Below, one piece after another: positions 25,253 to 33,894 of a DNA stretch of 46,014 nt. The position numbers and the translations under genes were made by a program. Positions within the stretch are counted from its first letter, which is position 1. The number at the start of each line of letters is the position of its first letter. The stretch is from assembly GCA_035694865.1 (NCBI GenBank), contig DASSFC010000042.1, positions 1 through 46,014 of the forward strand, written 5' to 3'. This DNA is from Candidatus Saccharimonadales bacterium (lineage in GTDB: Bacteria > Patescibacteriota > Saccharimonadia > Saccharimonadales > UBA10212). The notes below the pieces were generated by a model. That model ran no database searches and was not told the DNA's origin. It worked only from the letters and a program-made list of their open reading frames with translations.

Positions 25253-25322
25253 TTTTTACTCCTCAAATTGGAAAGGGCGAGCCTTGGCCCGCCCAGATGG
25301 CAAACCAAAACTAGTTAGCAAT

Positions 25323-25351
25323 ATTTTACAATATAATGACCAATATAGCAA
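25323..25351 (-). promoter_or_regulatory. near-consensus promoter TTGCTA-17-TAAAAT driving the GC-rich operon
   Basis: Minus strand: TTGCTA at 25351-25346 and TAAAAT at 25328-25323. A leader hairpin GGGCGGGCCAAGGCTCGCCC (25294-25275) lies between the promoter and the first SD. Confidence 0.45.
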
Positions 25352-25362
25352 CAGAGGTGGCG

Positions 25363-26409
25363 CTATTTTAGGACAGTGTTGTCGGGATGGTGGGCGCTGG
25401 TTGCCGCCGGCGCCGGCTGGGTTCGGCGTCGGGATACTTCCGCCGCCATTATGGCGCCGGCGCCGGCAACCATATAAAGCCCGCCAAAGAACCAGTAGTT
25501 TTTATCAATCTGCCGGGTTACGTCATTAACAACCTTGCTCAAGTCCACACTCACCCCGCTGCCGGTCACGTTAAGCTTGGTGGCTACATCTCTACTTATA
25601 ACCCTGGGTAAAAAGAAAGATAAAGCCAGCATCAGCACACCGATTACCACTAAATTAATGCCTATGTGGCGCAGGCCGGCCTGCCAGGTCCGGCTCAGAA
25701 AAACTACACCCAGACCGCATAGAATAGTCAGGACGGCAAAAATCCAAGGAGTTTTTTTGGCCAGCTGATACTTGCCTGGCAGTTTTTGGACACTTGGGTT
25801 ATTAAAAACCGATTGGCCATTTTGGCCTTTTAGGTTGGCCGCGCTGATATTAGCCCCTCTTAAAAAATTACTGTTGCTTAAATCGCGCTGGACCTGCGAA
25901 GCGACGGCTTGGGCGGATACGCCCAGCGGCAGACAAACAGCGTTAAGAACGGTGAAGCTCTGTATCTGAGCCAAGCTCCTACAGGCTGGCAAACCGGCCA
26001 GCTGCTGCTGAAGCGAGTTGGCGGCGTTTTTAGCGAACTGGTCATTCTGGGCACTGAGGTCGATATTAAAGTCCGGCCGGGCGATTTGGCCGTTCAACCA
26101 CTGGTAGATGTTTTCTATAGCCGCATTGCCCTGCTGCTGGACATATTGAGGCGTAATCGCCTGGTTAGCCGCCTGTTGGACTAGGGGATTGTTGGCATCA
26201 ATCGTTCCTACACTTGTATTAATTGTCTTAAGCTGCCCCAGGGCATTAGTCACGACGGTGTTATAAACTCCGCTATCGGCGGCTATCTTCTTGACCGTAG
26301 CCGGATTGGTAGCCGTGCGCACGAAGCCAACATCAAATGCTGTCGCAAACAGTAAAAATACGAACAGCGAACTTACTAGAGCCAAACAGAGCCTCCGCAG
26401 GACATTCAT
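25363..26409 (-). CDS. 348-aa membrane protein, unknown family
   Basis: N-terminal TM helix (LCLALVSSLFVFLLFATAF), a large external domain and three C-terminal TM helices. An extended -10 TGCTAGAAT (26425-26417) ends 7 nt from the ATG, so it is probably leaderless. Confidence 0.7.
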   Translation of the reverse strand: MNVLRRLCLALVSSLFVFLLFATAFDVGFVRTATNPATVKKIAADSGVYNTVVTNALGQLKTINTSVGTIDANNPLVQQAANQAITPQYVQQQGNAAIENIYQWLNGQIARPDFNIDLSAQNDQFAKNAANSLQQQLAGLPACRSLAQIQSFTVLNAVCLPLGVSAQAVASQVQRDLSNSNFLRGANISAANLKGQNGQSVFNNPSVQKLPGKYQLAKKTPWIFAVLTILCGLGVVFLSRTWQAGLRHIGINLVVIGVLMLALSFFLPRVISRDVATKLNVTGSGVSVDLSKVVNDVTRQIDKNYWFFGGLYMVAGAGAIMAAEVSRRRTQPAPAATSAHHPDNTVLK

Positions 26410-26575
26410 AATCAGTATTCTAGCAGAACTGGGGTATAATTACCCCTGTACTTGTACAGTTTCGCGGAATTCCGCAGTGCAGTATTTCGCGAAACTGAGA
26501 GGAGGAGGCGAGCCGAGGCTGAAAGTAAGTTTAAGAACCTTTAACTTACGGAAGCCGGTGCCTCGACTCCGACGA

Positions 26576-26663
26576 GGAGGGGTGCAGGAGTGGTTGAACT
26601 GGCTTGTCTCGAAAACAAGTATGCCGCAAGGTATCGAGGGTTCGAATCCCTCCCCCTCCGCCA
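26576..26663 (+). tRNA. tRNA-Ser (anticodon CGA), long variable arm, CCA encoded
   Basis: GGAGGGGTGCAGGAGTGGTTGAACTGGCTTGTCTCGAAAACAAGTATGCCGCAAGGTATCGAGGGTTCGAATCCCTCCCCCTCCGCCA. The anticodon loop is CTCGAAA. Confidence 0.9.
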
Positions 26664-26681
26664 TTTTGTTATGATGAACCT

Positions 26682-26855
26682 ATGAGTCCGTTCTTAGTCA
26701 GTATTTTGTTCACCGCTGGGGCGGCTACCTGGATTTATACCAAGCTGCAGCGCTATAGCGGCAACAACACCCAGCAATCGCTTATCGGCGCCGGTGTCTC
26801 GGCCGTCTTTATTTTCATCGTTTTTTACTTTATAACCCATTCGATTATCAAGTGA
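26682..26855 (+). CDS. 57-aa two-TM small membrane protein
   Basis: Start trimmed to the ATG at 26682 (MSPFLVSILFTAGAATWIY...), because the track start lies inside the tRNA. The stop overlaps the next gene start (TGATG). Confidence 0.5.
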   Translation: MSPFLVSILFTAGAATWIYTKLQRYSGNNTQQSLIGAGVSAVFIFIVFYFITHSIIK

Positions 26856-27238
26856 TGCAAGACAGTATTTTTACTAAAATCATCAAGGGTGAGGTCCCGG
26901 CCGAAAAGGTTTATGAGGACGAGGCTAACATCGCTTTTTTAACCATCCAGCCGATCCAGCCGGGCCACACCTTGGTTGTGCCAAAACAACAGATTGACGA
27001 GCTTTGGGACTTACCTGATGATGCTTATAACTCGCTTATGATGGCATCAAAGAAAGTTGCTAAACGCTTAAAAGAAGTTACCGGTAAAAAACGGGTAGGG
27101 GTAAAGGTTGAGGGCTTTGAAGTCGCCCATGCCCACATCCACCTGATCCCGATGGATTCGGTAGCCGAGTACAACGCCCCGCCCCAAGATGCAAAGTCTG
27201 AAGAATTGGCCGGAATGGCCAAGAAACTAGCCTTTTAG
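26855..27238 (+). CDS. HIT-family (histidine triad) nucleotide hydrolase
   Basis: Histidine triad HAHIHLIP and N-terminus IFTKIIKGEVPAEKVYEDE. The start could instead be the GTG at 26852. Confidence 0.85.
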   Translation: MQDSIFTKIIKGEVPAEKVYEDEANIAFLTIQPIQPGHTLVVPKQQIDELWDLPDDAYNSLMMASKKVAKRLKEVTGKKRVGVKVEGFEVAHAHIHLIPMDSVAEYNAPPQDAKSEELAGMAKKLAF

Positions 27239-27337
27239 TATCAGGCTATCTCCTTAAAACTAATTACTAACTACCAATTACCATCTACTATTTGGTATTA
27301 TATGGCTATATGAGGTGGAGTTTCGGGCGGTGTTACT

Positions 27338-28195
27338 ATGGATGAAAAAGCGCTGGGCCATAAACTCCAGCTAGCCCGCAAGCGGGCCGGCCTGACCCAG
27401 CAAGAGCTGTGCCAAAAAGCCGGTCTAAGTTATTCAACCCTGGCCAAAATCGAACGCGGCGCCATCCGGACGCCATCTGTTTTTACAGTGGCTAACATTG
27501 CCGCTGTGACCGGAGCCTCACTGGAAGAGTTATTAGATATGGCGGGCCGCGGCGCCGCAGGCGTGGCGGCGCCGGCCGACACCAAAAAACGCTCCAAAAC
27601 CGGAGTGCGGTTTGTATATCTTGATGTAAATGGCGTACTGGTACGCTTTTTCCACCGGGCTTTCACGCAAATAACAATCGATACTGGTGCCCGGGCCGAC
27701 TTGGCAGAGAATTTATTTTGGCGCCACAACGACGCGCTTTGCCGCGGCCAGCTCAGCCTGGAGGAGCTAAACCACATTTTCGAAAAAGAGCTTGATACGC
27801 CTAATTTTGAATGGAAAAGTTATTACATGAAAAGCGTCGAGCCGATGCCCGACGTAGCCGGGTTTGTAGAATGGTGCGCCCAAAACTACCGCATCGGCCT
27901 GCTTAGCAATACCGCCCCAGGCTTTTTGGACGAGATGCGTTCGCGCGGTCTGATACCAGACGTACACTACGATGCCATCGCTGATTCTTCTAAGATCGGC
28001 GAGGTCAAGCCTGAGCCTAAGATTTATGAAGCCGCCCAGGCGTTGGCCGGAGTCGAACCGAACGAAATCTTACTGATAGACAACGAGCGGCCCAACCTGA
28101 CAGCCGCCGACCATGCCGGCTGGCAGGTGCTTAGCTTTGACGATTTTGAGCCGGATGTTTCTATCACCCAGGCCCGCGAAGTCTTAGCTTTTTAG
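27338..28195 (+). CDS. fusion protein: XRE-type HTH DNA-binding domain plus HAD-superfamily hydrolase-like domain
   Basis: HTH: LGHKLQLARKRAGLTQQELCQKAGLSYSTLAKIERG. Then an Ala/Gly linker. HAD-like motifs are VYLDVNGVL (I, with Asn replacing the second Asp), LLSNT (II), and K-PEPKIYE with LLIDNERPN (III/IV). Confidence 0.75.
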   Translation: MDEKALGHKLQLARKRAGLTQQELCQKAGLSYSTLAKIERGAIRTPSVFTVANIAAVTGASLEELLDMAGRGAAGVAAPADTKKRSKTGVRFVYLDVNGVLVRFFHRAFTQITIDTGARADLAENLFWRHNDALCRGQLSLEELNHIFEKELDTPNFEWKSYYMKSVEPMPDVAGFVEWCAQNYRIGLLSNTAPGFLDEMRSRGLIPDVHYDAIADSSKIGEVKPEPKIYEAAQALAGVEPNEILLIDNERPNLTAADHAGWQVLSFDDFEPDVSITQAREVLAF

Positions 28196-30798
28196 TCCAG
28201 AGATTTTTGGAACGATTCCAGCTCTGACTCTATTGTCTTGAGTGAGGTTTTTTCTGCTTCGAGGTCTTGCTTAGTTTCTTCGACCAGTTCTTTGGGTGCT
28301 TTTTCTATATAGCTTTTATTGCTAAGCCGGGCCGCCAGCTTCTTTATGGCCACTTGGTGTTCAGCATATTGTTGCTTAAGCTTTTTGACGTACTGTTGGG
28401 CGGTTTTTTGGTCAATATCGAGCCACAGCTCATGTTTGACACTAATGAGGCGCAGGCCGCCTGTGCGCGGCCCAGCTGATTCGGTTACGCCGCCCAGGCG
28501 ACCCAGCCGTTCGATAAGCTTAGCCTGCTCTTCTATTTCTTCAGCTTCGCGATAATAAAGCCGGGGCTTTGATATGCCGGTGGCGGCCGACAGATGCCGG
28601 GCCTCGCTGATAATCCGCCTGGTTTCTTCGAACCTGCCGGCTTTGGCTTTATCAGCCTTAATCGGCTGTGGCAACGGCTGGGCAGCTAACATCTCGGCGT
28701 GGCCAAGCTGATTCCAAAGAGCCTCAGTAATAAATGGTGCGAATGGGTGGAGCAGTATCAAAACCGAATCCAGGACATGCCTTAAAACGCCTTCATTAGG
28801 CTCGGACTTACTAGCCTCAACGTACCAGTCGGCCAAATCGTCCCATACAAAGTGGTAAAGCTGCTGATAGGCTTCAGAGAACTGAAAGTTCTCGATATTT
28901 TTCGTATTTTTCTCTGTTAGAATACTTAACTTGTTAAGTATCCAGTGGTCGGCCGGCGTGGCAGGCTCGGGCGCCTTAGCGCCCTCGCCGGTACTTTCGA
29001 TATAACGCGCTACGTTCCAAAGCTTGTTACAGAAGTTGCGGTTATCCTTGATTTTGGAACGGCCCAGCCTGGAATCCTGCCCGGCGTTCACGCCCGAAAC
29101 CAGGGCCAGCCGGAGCGCATCGGTGCCGTATTCGGGGATAACCTCCAGCGGGTCGATGATAGTATCTGGATCACTCTTGCTCATTTTCTTGCCGGTTTCG
29201 GACCGCACCAAACCATGCAGGTAAACTTGCCTGAAGGGCACCTGGCTGGTGGCGTAAGTGGTCGCTAAAATCATCCGGGCGACCCAAAAGAACAAGATAT
29301 CCCAGCCGGTCTCCATGACAGAGGTGGGATGGTAGGCTTTGAAGTCCGGGCTGCGCGCCAGCAAATCCTCCAAACTTAGGTGGTAATCACCGGCTAAATC
29401 CGGGTTGAGCAGGGTGCTCCAGGTCCAGAGCGCACTGGAAAACCAGGTATCGAGCGTATCGGGGTCGCGCTGCCAGCCCTGCCCTGCCGGTGCCTGTACG
29501 CCGCAGTAAATATCGTCGCCTTTGTACCAAATCGGTATCTGATGGCCCCACCAGATTTGGCGGCTGATGTTCCAGTCGCGCAGATTGTCTATCCAGTGGA
29601 AATAAACCTTCTCGAACCGCTTGGGCACAATCTGGATATCGCCGTCATCGATGACCATCCGCATGACTTCCTTGAAGGATCGCTTAAGGCCTTTCCATTC
29701 TACCGCCGGCCGGTTGACGTCGACGAACCACTGCAGTTTTATCTGCGGTTCGATTAAGCCCTTACCCCTGTCATTGACAGCCACATTGTGGGTGTATTTG
29801 TCGTCCTGACTAACCAGCAGGCCTTTGGCTTTGAGTTTCTCGACGATTTTGGGCCGGGCTTTTTCTATGTCCTGGCCGGCGAACTCACCAGCGATGGGCA
29901 GCAGCTTGCCGTCAAAGCTGATAATCTGTTCCTTTTCCAGGCCATGGCGCTCGGCGATATCGAAGTCGGTGTGGTCGTGCCAAGGTGTTATGGTCATCAC
30001 GCCTGTGCCGAATTTGGGGTCGACGGCATCATCTTTGATGACAGTTGCTTTGACCGGACCGTTGATCCACTCGGCTTCGAACGTATCGCCGTGCCTGTAC
30101 TGCTTATAACGTTTATCGTCGGGGTGCATGACCACGTATTTGTCGCCGAACTTAGTCTCCGGTCTGGCCGTGCCAATCTGGAAAGGCCCGTACTGCAAGG
30201 TAATAAAAGTCCCCTGCTCTTCTTTGCGGACGACTTCATCATCAGATACGGTGGTTTCCAGCTTAGGATCCCAGTTGACAATACGGTGACCCCTATAAAT
30301 CAGACCGTCGTTATACATCTTAACGAACACCTCATTGACGCAGCGGCTGAGCATCGGGTCGAGCGTGTAGCGGCTCCGGCTCCAGTCGCAGCTGGCCCCT
30401 ATGGCCCGCAGCTGGGAATTTATAGTGTTGCGGCTATCGCCGACGAACCCCTTGGTCCGCTTTAAAAACTCATCGCGGCCTATCTGATGTTTATCTGTCC
30501 CCTGCTCCGCCAGCTGCTTTTCGATAATGGCGTTGGTGGCCAGCGCGGCGTGGTCAGTGCCCGGCAGCCAAAGCGCGTCTTTACCAGCTTGGCGGGCGTG
30601 CCGGGTAAGGATATCCTGAAGAGTTATAAATAAGGCGTGGCCAACATGCAGGGTGCCGGTCTCGTTGGGCGGCGGCATGCTGATTGAGAAATGCGGCTTA
30701 TTACTCCGTGGATTGGCAGTGAATACGCCGCTCTTTTCCCATGTTTTATAGATGTCAGCCTCGTATTTACCAGGCTCATAAACCTTGGGTAAACTCAT
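28192..30798 (-). CDS. valS: valine--tRNA ligase
   Basis: 868 aa. HIGH motif region PPPNETGTLHVGHAL, KMSKS motif, and a C-terminal coiled coil. Confidence 0.93.
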   Translation of the reverse strand: MSLPKVYEPGKYEADIYKTWEKSGVFTANPRSNKPHFSISMPPPNETGTLHVGHALFITLQDILTRHARQAGKDALWLPGTDHAALATNAIIEKQLAEQGTDKHQIGRDEFLKRTKGFVGDSRNTINSQLRAIGASCDWSRSRYTLDPMLSRCVNEVFVKMYNDGLIYRGHRIVNWDPKLETTVSDDEVVRKEEQGTFITLQYGPFQIGTARPETKFGDKYVVMHPDDKRYKQYRHGDTFEAEWINGPVKATVIKDDAVDPKFGTGVMTITPWHDHTDFDIAERHGLEKEQIISFDGKLLPIAGEFAGQDIEKARPKIVEKLKAKGLLVSQDDKYTHNVAVNDRGKGLIEPQIKLQWFVDVNRPAVEWKGLKRSFKEVMRMVIDDGDIQIVPKRFEKVYFHWIDNLRDWNISRQIWWGHQIPIWYKGDDIYCGVQAPAGQGWQRDPDTLDTWFSSALWTWSTLLNPDLAGDYHLSLEDLLARSPDFKAYHPTSVMETGWDILFFWVARMILATTYATSQVPFRQVYLHGLVRSETGKKMSKSDPDTIIDPLEVIPEYGTDALRLALVSGVNAGQDSRLGRSKIKDNRNFCNKLWNVARYIESTGEGAKAPEPATPADHWILNKLSILTEKNTKNIENFQFSEAYQQLYHFVWDDLADWYVEASKSEPNEGVLRHVLDSVLILLHPFAPFITEALWNQLGHAEMLAAQPLPQPIKADKAKAGRFEETRRIISEARHLSAATGISKPRLYYREAEEIEEQAKLIERLGRLGGVTESAGPRTGGLRLISVKHELWLDIDQKTAQQYVKKLKQQYAEHQVAIKKLAARLSNKSYIEKAPKELVEETKQDLEAEKTSLKTIESELESFQKSLD

Positions 30799-31041
30799 AA
30801 AATTAAGTATAACAGGCGTTTACAGGGGTGCCTAATGGCCATACCCCGTCTTTTTTTAACAACAGGACTTTGGAGCCTAAGGTGTTTTCATATGAAATCA
30901 GGCACTACACACCAGAACTTTTTACGAACAACGGCGACGTAAAAAGCCTAAATGGTAATGCCTGATTGGTTGAGTTTCGCACCTGTTTGTTTTCGCCCTT
31001 AGCATAACAAGTATGAATTGGGCAGGCAAGGCCGCTGGGCT

Positions 31042-32088
31042 TTAAAGGCTGGGGATAACTGCTAAATTGAAGGGGTCAGCAGCCTCATCCGGCTGGTAGA
31101 ATGCGGCCGCTGCAATCATGGCGGCATTGTCAGTGCAAAGCTTAAAATCCGGGCAGAGCAGGGGGGTTTTGAGGTTTGTACTAAGGCTATCGCGCAGGGC
31201 CTGGCTGGCGGCGACGCCGCCAGCCAATACAATAGCTTTTGGCTTGTATTCAGTCTCAGCAGTTTTTACAGCTTTAACCAGTGTTTCAATCGCCGTTTTT
31301 TGGAAACTGGCGGCTAAATCACCCTTTTGTTCCTCTGTTAGGGCCTTGGGCAACTCATGTGACGGGAAAGTGTAATCGTGGCCGGAAAGTTCCTGGGCGG
31401 ACCGCAAAACAGCTGTTTTGAGACCTGAAAAGCTAAAGTCATAGGGGTTATCCAGCTTAGCGATAGGTAATTTTACGGCTTTAGGATTACCTTTTTGGGC
31501 AGCTTGATCGATTGAGGGACCGCCAGGGTAGGGGAGTCCGAGGATTTTGGCGACTTTGTCGTAAGCCTCACCGACAGCATCATCTTTGGTCTGCCCAAGA
31601 ATGTTGTAATCATTATAACCTTTGTAGAAGGCAATCCAGCTGTGGCCGCCAGATACAGTCAGGCCGATAAAAGGGAATTCTGGCGGCTGCTTTGGCAACT
31701 CATAGCCCTTTAGGATCGTTTCGGAAATGTAGATGGCGGCGGTGTGGGCTAAGACATGGTTGATAGGTATCAGCGGTTTTTGCTTGACGATAGCTAGTGT
31801 CCGGGCTGTCAAAACACCTATGAGCAGGCTACCAATTAACCCTGGCCCTTGTGTTACGGCGATGGCATCAATGTCGTCCCAGCTGCACCCACTCTCGGCT
31901 AAAGCCTGTTGGATAACAGGGATGATAACTTCGATGTGGCTGCGGGCGGCTATTTCCGGGACCACGCCGCCGTAGGCGGCGTGCAGGTTGACACTACTGG
32001 AGACAACATTGCTTAGCAGGCGGCGACCGTCGTGCAAGACGGCCGCCGCCGTCTCGTCGCAGCTGGTCTCGATTCCCAAGATTTTCAT
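31042..32088 (-). CDS. tsaD: tRNA N6-adenosine threonylcarbamoyltransferase
   Basis: MKILGIETSCDETAAAV, an HxxxH region (NHVLAHTAA) and a Kae1/Gcp-family layout. Confidence 0.9.
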   Translation of the reverse strand: MKILGIETSCDETAAAVLHDGRRLLSNVVSSSVNLHAAYGGVVPEIAARSHIEVIIPVIQQALAESGCSWDDIDAIAVTQGPGLIGSLLIGVLTARTLAIVKQKPLIPINHVLAHTAAIYISETILKGYELPKQPPEFPFIGLTVSGGHSWIAFYKGYNDYNILGQTKDDAVGEAYDKVAKILGLPYPGGPSIDQAAQKGNPKAVKLPIAKLDNPYDFSFSGLKTAVLRSAQELSGHDYTFPSHELPKALTEEQKGDLAASFQKTAIETLVKAVKTAETEYKPKAIVLAGGVAASQALRDSLSTNLKTPLLCPDFKLCTDNAAMIAAAAFYQPDEAADPFNLAVIPSL

Positions 32089-32112
32089 CTGTTCTTAAAG
32101 TATACTGAGAGC

Positions 32113-33399
32113 ATGAATTTTCGGAAAATTGTTAAGGCTTTCATCCCCAAAAGCCTGTTCCGGAAAATAGAGCCGTTTGGCCACACCTGCGAGGCTGTTT
32201 TATTCAACTTTATCTTTGGTTTTCCGGCCCGTAAGCTGAAAGTCATCGGTATAACCGGTACCAACGGTAAGACAACGACCGCATATTTGGTCCATAAGAT
32301 GCTGTATGACGCCGGCTACGATGTCGGGCTGATGAGCACCGCCGCATACGGTGTCGGTGATAACCTCAAACCGCAAGATATCCATATGACTAACGTGCCG
32401 GTGCCAGCTATGCTCAAGCGCATCAAAGCCATGAAAGAGGAGGGGATTGACTGGCTGGTTATGGAAGTCACCAGCCACGCCCTGGCCCAAAACCGGGTGT
32501 GGGGTATGCCATTTTATTTAGCGGCTATGACCAATATCAGCCAGGACCACTTGGATTATCATGGCACCATGGACAATTACATCGCCGCTAAGGTCAAGCT
32601 TTTTCGCCTCACCAATGACAACAAAAACGGCATGAGAACGGGGGTCATAAACGCTGATGACGCCACCGAAACCCAGTTTGCGGCAGCCATTAAAAATTCG
32701 CTTAGCTATGGGATAGACAAAGGCCAGCTGAAGGCTAAGGATATTAAGCTGTCAGCATCGGGGTCGGCCTACAAAGCCATCATCGCCGAAGCCGAATACG
32801 ATATACGTACCAGCCTGCCAGGCCGGTTCAACGTTTATAACTCGCTGGCGGCTGTTGGCATCGGCCGCACCTTAGGTCTTCACAAAGAACAGATAGAAAA
32901 GGGGATAGCCGCACTGGATGGGGTACTGGGCCGTATGACGGCCATAGAGGCCGGCCAAAGCTTTGCTGTGTTTGTTGACTTTGCCCATACGCCTGATGCC
33001 CTTCAAAACGTCCTGGCGGCCACTAAGGACATGACAAAGGGCAGGGTTATCCTGGTCTTTGGCGCGACCGGTGACCGCGATAAATCCAAGCGGCCGGCCA
33101 TGGGCGAAGTGGCCGTTAAAAACGCTGATTTGATTTTCTTAACAGACGACGAAACCTATCGCGAAGACCCGGCTCAGATTATCAGCCAAGTTTATAAAGG
33201 TATTGAGCGGGCCGGCGGCCAGGACAGAACCAAAATAGTACATGACCGGCTAGAGGCTATCAAGCTGGCGTTTGGTGATGCCAAGGCTGGTGACACTGTG
33301 CTGCTGGCCGGCATGGGGCACGAGACTACTCGTAACATGGGTGGCAAAGAAATAGCCTGGAACGAGATAGAAATCGCTAAAAAACTGCTCAAAAAATAG
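32113..33399 (+). CDS. murE: Mur ligase, MurE-type (UDP-MurNAc-L-Ala-D-Glu:diamino acid ligase)
   Basis: Start trimmed to the ATG at 32113, since the track start overlaps tsaD. Motifs: GITGTNGKTTT, TSHAL, NISQDHLDYHG, DFAHTPDAL, GATGDRDKSKRP. DDETYREDP sits in place of the DNPR box. Confidence 0.8.
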   Translation: MNFRKIVKAFIPKSLFRKIEPFGHTCEAVLFNFIFGFPARKLKVIGITGTNGKTTTAYLVHKMLYDAGYDVGLMSTAAYGVGDNLKPQDIHMTNVPVPAMLKRIKAMKEEGIDWLVMEVTSHALAQNRVWGMPFYLAAMTNISQDHLDYHGTMDNYIAAKVKLFRLTNDNKNGMRTGVINADDATETQFAAAIKNSLSYGIDKGQLKAKDIKLSASGSAYKAIIAEAEYDIRTSLPGRFNVYNSLAAVGIGRTLGLHKEQIEKGIAALDGVLGRMTAIEAGQSFAVFVDFAHTPDALQNVLAATKDMTKGRVILVFGATGDRDKSKRPAMGEVAVKNADLIFLTDDETYREDPAQIISQVYKGIERAGGQDRTKIVHDRLEAIKLAFGDAKAGDTVLLAGMGHETTRNMGGKEIAWNEIEIAKKLLKK

Positions 33400-33405
33400 C
33401 AAAAA

Positions 33406-33433
33406 GCCGCGCGCCCGTATAGGGCGACGCGGC
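33406..33433 (-). terminator. GC hairpin GCCGCG(T)CGCCC-TATAC-GGGCGCGCGGC with a T5 tail on the minus strand; ends the GC-rich minus-strand unit
   Basis: 11-bp stem with one bulge. TTTTT follows on the minus strand (complement of 33401-33405). Confidence 0.55.
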
Positions 33434-33458
33434 GATGGGCTTGAAAAATAAGCCCACT

Positions 33459-33498
33459 GGGGCTCGGGGTGATGTGGTGCAAGCACACCCCGAGCCCC
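33459..33498 (+). terminator. perfect 13-bp GC hairpin GGGGCTCGGGGTG-N14-CACCCCGAGCCCC; likely terminator shared by convergent murE and the minus-strand unit
   Basis: Stem arms at 33459-33471 and 33486-33498. TTGTTCATCCTT follows on the plus strand. Confidence 0.4.
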
Positions 33499-33671
33499 TT
33501 GTTCATCCTTCGTATTCGGGTTTCCCTAATCGGCAGTCTCTTAACGCACGTTCTTTACATGCCGAAGCATGTTGACTTGCCGTTCGGGCCGCGGTGCAGG
33601 CCTGCGGGCCTGCCTTCGTGCCCGCCGCTCGCGCAGCGGATCAACGAAGTTCCACGGAGATGGAGAGCGGA

Positions 33672-33827
33672 TCACCTCCTCGGCCGACAGGTCGCCGAGC
33701 TGACATGCTTCAGCCGGCATTGCACGTGGGGAAGCTTCCTCACCCCCTCACTGCATCCCACAACGAACCGAGCGCCCGGAATATCACGAGCGATCAGTCG
33801 GACCTGACCAGCGGTGATCGTGACCAT
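33672..33827 (-). CDS. 51-aa Arg-rich small ORF in a very GC-rich island, unknown function
   Basis: Start trimmed to the ATG at 33827, which is preceded by the SD AAGGAGG (33843-33837). Translation: MVTITAGQVRLIARDIPGARFVVGCSEGVRKLPHVQCRLKHVSSATCRPRR. The palindrome GTGACC-GAAT-GGTCAC (33835-33820) covers the start codon. Confidence 0.4.
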   Translation of the reverse strand: MVTITAGQVRLIARDIPGARFVVGCSEGVRKLPHVQCRLKHVSSATCRPRR

Positions 33828-33864
33828 TCGGTCACACCTCCTTGTAGAAGGACAATACAAGCGG

Positions 33865-33894
33865 AGTATAACTCTTAGATTGAATAGTGGTCAA
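33865..33894 (-). promoter_or_regulatory. promoter TTGACC-18-TATACT for the GC-rich small-ORF unit, divergent from groES
   Basis: Minus strand: TTGACC at 33894-33889 and TATACT at 33870-33865. Confidence 0.4.

Noticed and set aside
24635-25318. 227-aa plus-strand ORF spanning the whole GC-rich cassette
   Set aside because: Long antisense ORFs are expected in high-GC DNA. It has no SD or promoter. The opposite strand has four ORFs, three with well-spaced AGGAGG-type SD sites and the fourth stop/start-coupled, plus a promoter and a terminator. The overlapping ORFs 24259-24582, 24714-24920, 24799-25137 and 24844-25128 are rejected for the same reason.
26440-26664. 74-aa minus-strand ORF and 127-aa plus-strand ORF (26291-26674) overlapping tRNA-Ser
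   Set aside because: Both run through a clearly folded tRNA gene and its leader. They have no SD and their sequences are implausible.
30799-31041. Possible T-box riboswitch or attenuator in the 243-nt leader upstream of valS
   Set aside because: I read the minus strand and found no T-box consensus (AANNNGGGTGGTACCGCG-like), no clear specifier loop with a GUN codon, and no terminator/antiterminator pair. There is only a 9-bp AU-rich inverted repeat (CTTTTTACG-N11-CGTAAAAAG, 30918-30946), a weak 5-bp hairpin with a T7 tract on the opposite (plus) strand (30825-30857), and three TTAGGC repeats. This is not enough to call a regulatory RNA.
33541-33720. 59-aa minus-strand ORF (MPAEACQLGDLSAEEVIRSPSPWNFVDPLRERRARRQ...) as an independent gene
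   Set aside because: It has no SD or promoter and overlaps the 3' end of the SD-preceded 51-aa ORF out of frame. In 63-80% GC DNA such ORFs arise by chance. It is kept only as a possible frameshift continuation in the finding for this region.
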